Shown: piece by piece, positions 12,710 to 23,009 of the stretch | Layout of the letters: the number at the start of each line of letters is the position of its first letter | How positions within the stretch are numbered: the stretch's first letter is position 1 | Source: Neophaeotheca triangularis | Taxonomy: Eukaryota | Length of the DNA stretch: 64,000 nucleotides | Direction of reading: 5' to 3' | Assembly: GCA_054600435.1 (NCBI GenBank) | Contig: BAAIJX010000016.1 | Span: 310,001 to 374,000 of the forward strand | Notes under the pieces: model-generated | Database searches by the model: none | Seen by the model: only the letters and a program-made list of their open reading frames with translations | What the model was told of the DNA's origin: nothing | Made by a program: the position numbers and the translations under genes

Positions 12710-12872
12710 TGCCTGGACTCAGAATCGAACTGAGATTTGAGGATTACTTGAAGTAATCAGCCTGATGAAGCATGCTCATATATCTAGAATTTAGTTAGCG
12801 ACTGTAGCAGATCAGAGCAGAATTTTGAAGTGACTCACGAGACCTCCGTCCTAACCATTAGACGATCCGGGC
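12710..12872 (-). tRNA. Elongator tRNA-Met(CAT) gene with two introns: spliceosomal-type 12784-12838 (between C34 and A35) and canonical tRNA intron 12745-12780 (37/38)
   Basis: Predicted mature 72-mer GCCCGGATCGTCTAATGGTTAGGACGGAGGTCTCATAATCCTCAAATCTCAGTTCGATTCTGAGTCCAGGCA. It has a D-arm GTCT/GGAC with GG, a T-arm CTCAG-TTCGATT-CTGAG, anticodon stem GAGGT/TCCTC with U31-U39, loop CT-CAT-AA and discriminator A. There is one C4-A69 acceptor mismatch. tRNA fold is high confidence; Met identity depends on the first intron being removed. Confidence 0.85.
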
Positions 12873-13234
12873 TGTGGATTGATGGTCGTTGGGAGTCAAA
12901 ATTTAATATGACCTTTCAATTTTGTGTGTTTTCTTAAATGCCTCGGTCGTGCACCTTTTGGCACGCTAATTACGGCACACTCACAGGCGCTCTGCAGACT
13001 GATAAGCTTCTTCTTATCGGGTGAGCTTCACAAGAAAGTGAAAGTGCCAGCTGGCTGACATCAGAACAAGTTTCGAAACATCTGGACACATTGCACGTCT
13101 CTAACATTCCCTCGAGGCCTTTTCTGTTCAAAGTAATATCCTCGAGAACACTACAAGCAATCAAATGTACTAAGGATACCCCTACCGACTTCCCTTAGTC
13201 GATCAAAATCACCCGTCTGCCGTATCACGAAAAA

Positions 13235-16200
13235 ATGTTACCCTCAATCGGGGGCCGCAATGCAGCCCTCTCCCCCTTTACTCTCTGCATCGCCCTCTTC
13301 CTCCTCCTCGCCACCACCGCCAACGCCGCCTCTAGCGTTTTAGGCATTGACTTTGGCACCCTCAACCTCAAAGCTGCCCTCGTAAAACCCGGCATTCCCC
13401 TCGAAATCGTCCTCACAAAAGACTCGAAACGCAAAGAAGCCGCGGTCGTAGGTTTCAAACCCTCCCGGGACGAGAAGAACAAAATCATCGCCGAAAATGG
13501 CAAGTTCCCGGAACGACTATACGGTGGGGATGCACTGGCATTGCAGGGTAGGATGCCCGGGGAGGTCTTCCCGAATCTGAAACCGCTGTTGGGACTATCT
13601 GGGTCGGAGGCTGCGGAACGCGATGTTGAGGCTTATAGGTCGCGGAATCCTGCATTGCAGGTTCAGCACGATGGGGACCTTGGTACGACGGTGTTCAAAA
13701 GTGAGGCATTCACCGAGCAGGAGCAACCGTGGAGTGTGGAGGAGCTGTTGGCGATGGAGCTGGCGAATATCAAGCGTAATGCAGAGGGGTTGGCGAAGTC
13801 AAGCGTGGAGGACGCAGTCGTCACTGTGCCTGCATTCTACACTGCGGACGAGAGGAGGGCAATTGAGACGGCCGCGGATCTGGCTGGGTTGCATGTCATG
13901 TCGCTCGTGAGCGATGGTTTGGCTGTTGGGCTGGACTACGCGAAACCTAGGACCTTCCCAATGGTGACTTCGGGCGAGCAACCTGAACATCACATTGTGT
14001 TCGACATGGGAGCTGGATCTACCACAGCCACCCTTCTACGGTTTCAGGGCAAGAGTGTTAAGGATGTCGGACGTTTCAACAAGACGGTTCAAGAGGTTGC
14101 TGTGGTTGGTGAGGGCTGGGACCGCACACTCGGGGGTGATGCACTGAACAGTGCCATTGTCGAGGACTACATCAACAAATTCTTGCAAAAGTCGGAGGTT
14201 AAGAGTCAGGGAACAACTTCCGAGGGGCTCAGAAAGAACGGCAGGCTTATGAGCAGGCTGTTCAAGGAGGCTGAGAAGGCCCGCCAGGTACTGAGTGCGA
14301 ATTCGGACACCTACAGCTCGTTTGAAGAGCTTCTGCCAGACATCGACTTCAAAGTTAAGCTCACGAGGGCGGAATTCGAGCAGCTCACCGAAGGCCTTGC
14401 TAAGCGTGTTACTGTCCCTCTGGAGGAGGCATTGGCCGCGGCGAAGCTTACCATGAACGATATCAACAGTGTCGTGCTGCATGGAGGCGCCATCCGTACG
14501 CCTTTTGTTCAGAAGAAACTGGAAGCACTTGTTGGTGACAATGCCAAGCTACGGACCAACGTTAACGCGGACGAGTCTGCTGTTTTTGGTGCTGCATTCA
14601 AGGGTGCTGGTCTCTCGCCTTCCTTCCGTGTCAAGGAAATCAGAGACAGCGACATTGTAGGATACGCTACGGGCATGACTTTTACCGATGGCAGCAAGGA
14701 TCGCCGCCAGGTTCTATTCAGCCCCACCAGCCCTGTAGGCTCTGGTGCAGCCACCAAACAGGTCGCCTTCAAGGACAAGGATGACTTTTCTTTCGGTCTC
14801 TTCCAGGTCGTTGGCGACGTTGACCGGCCCGTCTCGCGCGTTCAAACCACCAATCTGACTGATGGCGTCGCTCAACTGAAGGAGAAATTCGGCTGCGAAA
14901 AAGACGACATTAGCACCAAGTTCAGCATCAAGCTCAGCAATATCAATGGCCTGCCTGAAGTCCTCTCCGGCTCAGTAAGCTGCGAAGTAGAGGGGTCAGG
15001 AAAAGCAGGCGGTATGATGGACTCTGCAAAAGACTGGCTAGGATTTGGGAAGAAGAAAGACCAAGAAGCTGAAGATGAAGAAGACGCAGGGCCGACTGAA
15101 GAGGTAGAGGCCTCAACATCCTCTGCGACCAGCGATGCCTCTTCGGCCTCCGACTCCGCTTCCGCCAGCGCCTCCAAAGCTCCCGAAGCCCCCAAGAAGC
15201 ACACGGAATCCGTCATGGTCTCTTTCACCAGCACATCGCAGGGCAACCCCCAACCCAACCCCTCTCAGATCAAATCAATGAAAGACCGCCTCGCAGCCTT
15301 TGACCGCAGCGACGCCGCGCGCTTCGCCCGTGAAGAAGCCCTCAACATACTCGAATCCTATACCTACTCGACCCGCGACTTCCTCGCCAACACCGACTAC
15401 ACGTCCTTCGCAACCGATGCTCAACGAGAGGCCATCAGCAACCTTCTAACCAGCACCCGCGAATGGATGGAGCAACCGGGACAAATGGCTTCAGCAACCG
15501 AATCCGCCTTCAAAGAGAAACTCCAAGCGCTCAAAGACCTCGTCACGCCGATCCAAAGCCGCCGCAAAGAAGAACTCGCTCGTCCGGAGAAAATCACCAC
15601 TCTGCGCGACAGCCTTTCCAAATCCGAAAAATTGATCACCAACATCGAATCCCAGCTCTCGCGCGCCTCGAGCGAATCCAGCACTTCCACATCCACTCCA
15701 AGCACCACCTCTACATCCACCGTCGACGACCTCGAAGACGGCGACGAAACAGCTTCCCCTTCACCTAAACCGTCCGACCCCCCGGCCTTTAGCACACCCT
15801 ACACCGACTCCGACCTCGCTGACCTCCGCGATACCCACGCCAGCATAGCACAATGGCTGACTGACAAGGAAAGCGAGCAACAAAACCTGCCCTCGCACGA
15901 GGAACCCGCGCTCCTGGTTACAGACCTCGAAGCCAAAAGCTCCCAATTGGGGCTTATAACACGCAGAATCCAAGACAAAAAACTGCAACCAAAACCGAAG
16001 CCCAGGTCTTCTTCGTCCAAGAAGTCGACGAAGAGTAAGAGTGCTAAGTCGTCCAAGACTAGCACGGCGGATGGTGAGGACAGCACGGATGGGCCGCCGA
16101 TTGTGGATTTGGATATGGAGGCTTTGAAGGAGGCATGGAGGGAAGGTGGGGAGGGGGTAGATGAGGAGGAGATTTTGAGGCTGGTGGAGGAGGCCAAGGC

Positions 16201-16261
16201 TAGGGCTGGGAAGGGGGAAGAGGTTGTCCCTGGCGAGGAGGGGACGCATGATGAGCTTTAG
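13235..16261 (+). CDS. LHS1: ER-lumen Hsp70-family nucleotide exchange factor Lhs1/GRP170 (HYOU1)
   Basis: 1008-aa ORF with signal peptide, VLGIDFGT, VKPGIPLEIVLTKDSKRKE, FDMGAGST, VNADESAVFGA and C-terminal HDEL. Confidence 0.95.
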   Translation: MLPSIGGRNAALSPFTLCIALFLLLATTANAASSVLGIDFGTLNLKAALVKPGIPLEIVLTKDSKRKEAAVVGFKPSRDEKNKIIAENGKFPERLYGGDALALQGRMPGEVFPNLKPLLGLSGSEAAERDVEAYRSRNPALQVQHDGDLGTTVFKSEAFTEQEQPWSVEELLAMELANIKRNAEGLAKSSVEDAVVTVPAFYTADERRAIETAADLAGLHVMSLVSDGLAVGLDYAKPRTFPMVTSGEQPEHHIVFDMGAGSTTATLLRFQGKSVKDVGRFNKTVQEVAVVGEGWDRTLGGDALNSAIVEDYINKFLQKSEVKSQGTTSEGLRKNGRLMSRLFKEAEKARQVLSANSDTYSSFEELLPDIDFKVKLTRAEFEQLTEGLAKRVTVPLEEALAAAKLTMNDINSVVLHGGAIRTPFVQKKLEALVGDNAKLRTNVNADESAVFGAAFKGAGLSPSFRVKEIRDSDIVGYATGMTFTDGSKDRRQVLFSPTSPVGSGAATKQVAFKDKDDFSFGLFQVVGDVDRPVSRVQTTNLTDGVAQLKEKFGCEKDDISTKFSIKLSNINGLPEVLSGSVSCEVEGSGKAGGMMDSAKDWLGFGKKKDQEAEDEEDAGPTEEVEASTSSATSDASSASDSASASASKAPEAPKKHTESVMVSFTSTSQGNPQPNPSQIKSMKDRLAAFDRSDAARFAREEALNILESYTYSTRDFLANTDYTSFATDAQREAISNLLTSTREWMEQPGQMASATESAFKEKLQALKDLVTPIQSRRKEELARPEKITTLRDSLSKSEKLITNIESQLSRASSESSTSTSTPSTTSTSTVDDLEDGDETASPSPKPSDPPAFSTPYTDSDLADLRDTHASIAQWLTDKESEQQNLPSHEEPALLVTDLEAKSSQLGLITRRIQDKKLQPKPKPRSSSSKKSTKSKSAKSSKTSTADGEDSTDGPPIVDLDMEALKEAWREGGEGVDEEEILRLVEEAKARAGKGEEVVPGEEGTHDEL

Positions 16262-17226
16262 CGTTTTTGGAGGGTTGGAGTTGCGGGGGGTAAAGACTAC
16301 TTGCTTGTGGTAGAGGTGTATAAGTATTTTTTCAAGATGATGTTTTCCACGCTGTTTTGTCCCTTTCTCTGTGGTGTGGAGTGACGCCTCCCTTGTATTC
16401 ACCGTGTGGGTGTCACTGTCATGGCGCTTGCAGTACTGTCGTCGTGGTGTTGCCCTGCCCGCCCGGTATTAGTCGCACTAGTCTACAAAGTGGCTACCAA
16501 CGGGCCCCTTAGAAGCAAGGCAACTTCCAACAAACCGAAGAATGCACACCAACACACCAACAACTAACCAAAACAACCACATCAACCCTTCCAATCACTA
16601 TAAACACCACTCTACAATGTTCCCAATCTCACAAAACCCCCAATCTCCCTCAAATTAAGCCATCACCGAATCGGAAAGCTGCAACCCAAACTCTAGAACT
16701 AACCCTAGCACTAAAATCTCACGAGCGGAAGATGCAAGGTTCGCATTGGTTGGGGTTGAGAGGCGCTAGTTCTAGGACGAGTCTACTAAGGAGATACTTC
16801 CAACAGTCAGTAAGGTAATGTGCATTAGTATATGACGTAGACTTCTAGTCCCTGTTATTATTGTTCGCTGGGGCTTAGCGCGCGAGTTACGTGGGCGTTA
16901 AGGTGGGTATGTGCCGTACTAGTAGTCTGAGGGAGGGAGCCGGACACGGATGTGCGGATGTCCTCGACTCCTCGAGCTGGCTGTTGGTGCTGGATGTGGG
17001 AGAGAGAACAGGGATGGCGAGGAAGGCGAGAGAGAGCGAGACCACCTGCTCAGAACTCTGTACCGTGGCTTGATATCTGCAAAGCAACAAGGGTAGTTTT
17101 CATCGGACATACATACATACACACACACACTCCACCCTCCCGACATCTTCGAGAAGAACCATCCACCACGGCCACCGCCACCGCGGAGCCTCCATTTTCG
17201 AATGCATTCCCTATGCACTCACCCTT

Positions 17227-18815
17227 CTACGGCTCTTCTCGAACAGTATCAGCCTCATACCTCTTCCCCCTAAAAGCCCAGACGCCAAAATTCCCCGCAG
17301 TCACATCGCCCGGATCGAGGTCATTCAAATCCCAGCGCAAACTCCTGAAACGGTTTTCCCCCGGCTGCAGCAGCACATCCGCTTCCCCGCCACTATTAGC
17401 TTGCACCCACTCGATATCGCGCTGCATGTCGAAGTCGGTGTAGCCCGTGCAAATGACGGGGACTTTGGTCTCGAGTAGCTGGGGCAGAGTTTCCGCCCAC
17501 TCGTGAGAACTAGCTGGGTGGCCTAGGCCTGGGTGGAACAGCACAAAGGCGTCGAAATATGGGTCGTAGGGTGCGAAGTGCTGGGCTGAGTGGAGTGTGT
17601 GGTAGTAGTCGACGTATGTGGAAATTTTAAGACTGCCGCCGAGGCCACGGTCTTCGACAACGGCGCCGAAGGGGTTGGAAGCGTTGCGTTCGGGGAGTGG
17701 GAATTCATGCTCGCGGTTAGACATTGATTCCGGCCCAATGAAGATTAGGTGGAAAGTGCTGCGGGGGAAGAGATGGGAGAGTTGCAGCCAGACTTCGCGG
17801 GGGAGGGAGGATTCGGCGCGCGCGCCGAGGATGAAGAGGCGGATTGGTGGGGGGTTGGGGCGGAGGCCGGAGATGGAGGTACCTGCGCCTGTCCGGGGTG
17901 GGTGGAGGGTGTAGCGAAGGGCTGATAAGGGAAGAAGCTGTTAGTTGGGGTTCGGGGGGGCTGTGGAGAAGGGTACGGCTTACCGCTCAGTGATTTCAGG
18001 CCCTCGGCTGTTAGTCTGCCGTCGCGGCCTTTCATGCTGTAGGGGCTCAGTTCGTGGAGGACGCTGCCAATTGTTATGGGATAGGTGAGTAGCCTCGTGA
18101 CCTGCCTCATGGGTCGTTCCTCATTAATGGCGTTGAACTCTCGCGAGAAGAGGAGGGTGTCCCAATTCGTCATGTTCACCATTGCCTCATCTATCTGGGG
18201 TCCCGGGTACTCAAACTCAGGAAAGAAGCGTCCACTGACTAAGTCGTGATCATCTTCGTTGATTTCCCGGAGGACATCGCAGAGCTCTAAGTGTGATTCG
18301 TAGTCATCTACAAAGTGCTCCGCCGAGCATGAAACGGGAATGCCGCAATCGGGACATTCGTAGCGGACGTGGGCGGGGGGTTCAGCGCCTGTTTTGAGCG
18401 ATTCTGGGTCTCCTGGTGATGTGGGAGTGCGGGTTGCACCGTGGGCTGGGTGAGGGCAGTAGGCATTTTGCCGGATTACTGCTGCGCGTTTGCGGATGAT
18501 GGGGGACGGCGAGTTGGTGAAGGAGTGGAAGAGGTTGTTGGGTTTGAGGAGGAGGCGGGATTCGTCCGGTTGGGAGGAAGGCTTGTCTGTTCTCCTGCCG
18601 CGTACATCCAAGTCGGGGGGAGTCTGCTTGGCTTGCGATGTCGAAGGTTGTGCAGCTCTGTGGGAGGAAGCATTATGTATTCTGCGGGTTTGTAGAGGCT
18701 GTTTCGAGGTGGTCGTGGAGAAGACTCTATGCGCTGTTCGAGTCGAGGGAGATGATGATTTTGCAGACGACGTTGCCAGCCGTAAACAGCGACTGCAAAT
18801 GCTTTTCGAAGACAT
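17227..18815 (-). CDS. MSS51: Mitochondrial COX1 translational activator/assembly factor Mss51, 2 exons; intron 17922-17983
   Basis: Mitochondrial-type presequence, zf-Mss51-like segment (CPDCGIPVSCS...H...CDVLREINEDDHDLVSGRFFPEF), TYPITIGSVLH, spliced GLKSLSALRYTLHP, GARAESSLP and FHPGLGHP. Confidence 0.92.
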
Positions 18816-19197
18816 GGTCGGGGGTCGGGGGTGGGTGGTGGTGTTGGTATAAGAGGGGTGCAGTCGTCCAGTCGAGCTCGAATGTCGTCCGGGTCATCGA
18901 AGGAAGCCGAATGGGGATGGTCCGCCGCATATTGATTGGCAATTGATTGGAACGCAGCCAAATGTTAATGAATATGACGGAGATATGCCCCGCGTGCTCC
19001 GAGCTCCGCGACTTCGCGCGTCTATCAAAAAGTTGCCGACACTCATGGTTCGACCCTCACCTCTGAAACACTCCCACCTCATTCTACCCATTCTCCACCC
19101 TCACATCTACTGCGCAGTGTCTGTCGCATAGCAGTTCCAACACTCTCTACCTTTACGCGCCTACGGGCAACCCGCTCCCTCACCTTCATTCGCCGAC

Positions 19198-22100
19198 ATG
19201 GCGTCGACCGTCACCACCCAAGCCTTCTACTCCCTCACCCTCTCCTCCCCGACCGCCACCACTTGCGCCGTCTCCTGCAATGTCCTACCCGATGTCTCCA
19301 GCAACGACGCGCAAATCCTAGAGGCGCGCGGCACTCGCCTGTTCCTTCACCAGGTCGTCAACGTCCCCACGGCTCGCGACCCCAATGCGCAAGCCATTCA
19401 GACTTTCCTCGAACATGACACTTTCGGCATTGTTCGTCAAGTCGCTGCCTATCGCATTGCCAGTACTGAGAGAGGTGAGCATATCCAGTTATCTCCTAAC
19501 AGCCTTCACCCAGCTGACACTCCTACTCGACAGACACCCTCGTCATCACCACCGACAGCGGCAAGATTACCTGCCTGCAATACGATGCCGACAACAACAC
19601 CCTCAAGATTGTCAGCCAGGAGACTTACGGAAAAAGTGGTATTCGTCGCGTCATCCCGGGCCAATACCTCGCCGCCGACCCTCGAGGCCGTTGCTTTATG
19701 ATCGCCAGCACGGAGAAGAACAAGGTCGTCTACATGCAACAAAAGTCCCCAGATGGCATCAGCACTTCCAGCCCGCAAGAGGCCAACCAGCAAGGCGCCA
19801 TTTGCTTCGCAATGACTGCGCTAGACACCAATTGGGAGCATCCAGTCTTCGCTACTCTAGACGTCGACTATATCGAGTTGGAAAACGATCACACTGGTGA
19901 AGCGCATCGGCAGAGACAGAAGCTGCTCAAATACTACACTGCAGACTTGGGTATCAACCACGTGGTTATGAGCTGGTCCACTCCCGTCGACTACTCCGCC
20001 CACATGCTCTTCGGCGTGCCTGGTGGGACCAACGGTCCGGGTGGTGTTATTGTCTGCGCCCAGAACCGCATCTACTATCATCACGACAAGCAAACGACTC
20101 TTTGCGTCCCGATCCCTAAACGTGAAGGTCCCACCGAAGACAAGGGTCGTACCCACCGCATCGTCGCAGGAGCTGTCAACTTGACGAGGAGCAGACATGA
20201 CTTCTTCCTTCTACTGCAAGAGGAGTGTGGGGACGTCTTCATCCTCACATTCGACTACCACCTCAACGAGCAGGGTCAAAACACGTTCAAACCAAAGAAG
20301 CTCATCCTCAAATACTACGACACCTTCCCCGTCGCTCGCAGCATCGTCATCATCCGCAAGGGTTATTTCTACTTTGCCTCAGAGAATGGCGCCAACAGAC
20401 TCTACCGTATCGACAGTATCGCCGATGACCCAGATGTCGAACCAGAAAAGAACTTCACCTCTGATGGTATCACCACCAATGCGTCCGAGTCCATCCCCCT
20501 CTGTACATACACACCCCGAGGTCTCCTTCACACTGCTCTCGAGGCAGAGTCGCCAAGTTTGCATCCTCTCATGAGGGCTAGAGTTGATGACAACCTCGGT
20601 GTCGGCTTTGGTCAAATCTACACAATCCAAGGCACAGGCAATGCCAGTAGGATGAAGGGGATGCGTCATGGTCTCAAGATCGACGAGAGTACTCGCAGCC
20701 CTGCCAACTCTGTTGCTCCAATGAGTGACATCTTCACAATGAGGCAGCGCGCTACCGACCCCTACCACACCCACGTCTTGCTCAGCTCCAAGTACGCCGA
20801 GCGGACAGTCGCGCTCGAACTGGAAGGCGAAAATGTTGCGTCCAACGACAACACTCGCTTCCTCACAAATCGCGCCACCATCGCAGCCCAGCAAATGGGT
20901 GAAGCTGCTCTCATGCAAGTCCACAGCAAGGGCATCCACACCATCCTCCCCGATGGCAGAATCAACACATGGGAGGCGCCTAGCAACCGTTCGGTGCTCG
21001 CATGTGCTGCCAACCAATACCAGTGCGTTCTCGGATTAAGCACTCTAGAGCTTGCCTTCTTTTTCTCGGACCCAGACGGCAACCTCACCGAGCTCGAAGA
21101 GAGGCCTCAAATGAGCGGGCAAATCACTTGCCTTGCTGTCGCCCCCACCCCAGAAGGTTCGATGCAATCCAAATTTGGTGTCGTCGGTTGTGATGATAGC
21201 TCGATCCGGGTCTTCTCCATCGAGATCGAGTCACCACTCGAGATGCACTCAATTCAAGCCGTCAACGGAATTCCTAGCTCCTGCAAGATTCTCAGCCATT
21301 ACGACCCGGCTACTGGTGGTAGTGTGATGATGGTGCACATCGGCATGAAGAATGGCATCTACTTGCGCGCTGTTGTCGACGAGCATACAGGCGATTTGAG
21401 CGATGTCCGCACCCGCTTCATTGGCCACGAGGAGGTCCATCTGTACGTCGTCGAGGTCGAAGGTCAGGACTGCGTTATGCCGTGCTCCAGTACCCCCTCC
21501 CTCGCCTACAACCACCCGGCGACTGGACACTTCACTGTCACGCCTTTGGATACGCAGCAGATAGTGTCTGCTGCCAACTTCCACACCGAAGAGGGTCGTG
21601 CTCTATGCTGTCTTACTGAGTCCGACCTCATGATGTTCAACGTTCGCTCTCTATCTGGTCGCATCATTGAGGAGTCGGTCAGGCTCGAAAACACCCCCCG
21701 CAACTTTTCCAAGCACCCCCACGAACCCTTCTACTACATCGCCGAGGCAGACGCGAACACTATGAGCAAACAGACCGTCCGAAGTTTGATGGCCGCCGCT
21801 AACGCTAGTATCCCCGACGAAGAGATGGATGGTGTTCAGCAAGATCTTCCAGAAGAGTTTGGTCTGCCTCGTGGACCAGGCCATTGGGCGTCAAGCGTGC
21901 AAGTCGTAGACATGCGCGGTTCAGAAGGTATGACTTTCTGGGACCCTCACGAGGTTCCCTCCGAAGAGAGAGCTAACTATCTAGTCACCTGCACCATCGA
22001 CCTCGACGAGAACGAAGCGGCCATGTCAATTGCGTGCGTTTCCTTTGCTAGTCGCAACGACGAGCCCTACGTCATAGTCGGCACCGGACAGCACATCGGT

Positions 22101-23009
22101 ATGCCTCACCAAAAGGGTTTCGTCCACGCCTATCGTCTACTCAACGGAGGCCGCACTCTCCAATTCATGCACAAGACCGAGTTCAAATCCCCCGTCCTCG
22201 CCCTCTGCGCTACCTCGGACGGCCGCGTGGCCTTCGGCGTCGGCAAAGAACTCATTATTTACGACATCGGCAACGGGCGCATGCTACGCAAATCGCGCTG
22301 CCCAGAAGCGGCCTCCAACCGCGTCGTCAGCATCCTCAATCACCGGAATCGCTTCATCGTCGGCGACGTCAAACACTCGCAAACCTACATCACCTACAAA
22401 CCCACCTTCAACCGCCTAATTCCCTTCATCGAAGACGTGACGGAACGCTACACCACCTCATCAGCCCTGCTGGACTACGAAACCGTCGCCATGGGGGACA
22501 AATTCGGCTCTCTTGTCCTGCTCCGCTGTCCATCCCGAGTCTCCGCCGAAACCGACGACGTCGGCACAAGCGGGCACATCGCCAACGAACGCTCCTACCT
22601 CTCCGGCGCCCCCTACCGCCTCGAGTTGCAAGCCTCCTACTTCCTCAACGACATCCCCACCACCATCCTCCGCACCCCTCTCGTGGCAGGCGGCGAAGAC
22701 CTCCTCGTCTGGGCCGGCTTGCAAGGCACTCTCGGCTTCTTCGTACCCTTTTCTTCTCGCACTGATGCCGATCTGTTCGAGCAGTTGCAGAGCCAGTTGC
22801 GCGCTGAGGCGCCGCCGCTTTCCGGCCGCGATCATATTGCTTTCAGGGGCTACTATCAGCCGGTTAAGAGTGTGATTGACGGGGATTTGTGCGAGAGGTT
22901 TTTGGAGCTGGGGGCGGCGCAGAAGGCGAGGATTGCGGAGGCTGTCGGGAGGGGGGTTAGGGAGGTTGAGAAGAAGGTGCTGGAGATGCGGTCGAGGGTC
23001 GCTTATTGA
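19198..23009 (+). CDS. RSE1: Pre-mRNA splicing factor Rse1/SF3B3 (U2 snRNP), 2 exons; intron 19475-19533
   Basis: Spliced ETYGKSGIRRVIPGQYLAADPRGRC.MIASTEKNK, VPGGTNGPGG, GDKFG, PPLSGRDHIAFRGYYQPVKSVIDGDLCERF and C-terminus MRSRVAY. Confidence 0.92.

Noticed and set aside
12710..12872. tRNA-Thr(CGT) with a single 91-nt intron
   Set aside because: Disfavoured, not excluded. It would have G37 after U36 and a Met-type U31-U39 pair, and it leaves unexplained the exact splice signals and the TATGAG complement to CTCATA.
16699..16708. CTAACCCTAG as a telomerase RNA template in the LHS1-MSS51 gap
   Set aside because: Single short match that also fits a generic branch-point/AG motif. I could not identify a pseudoknot or CR4/5, and the gap is under 1 kb.
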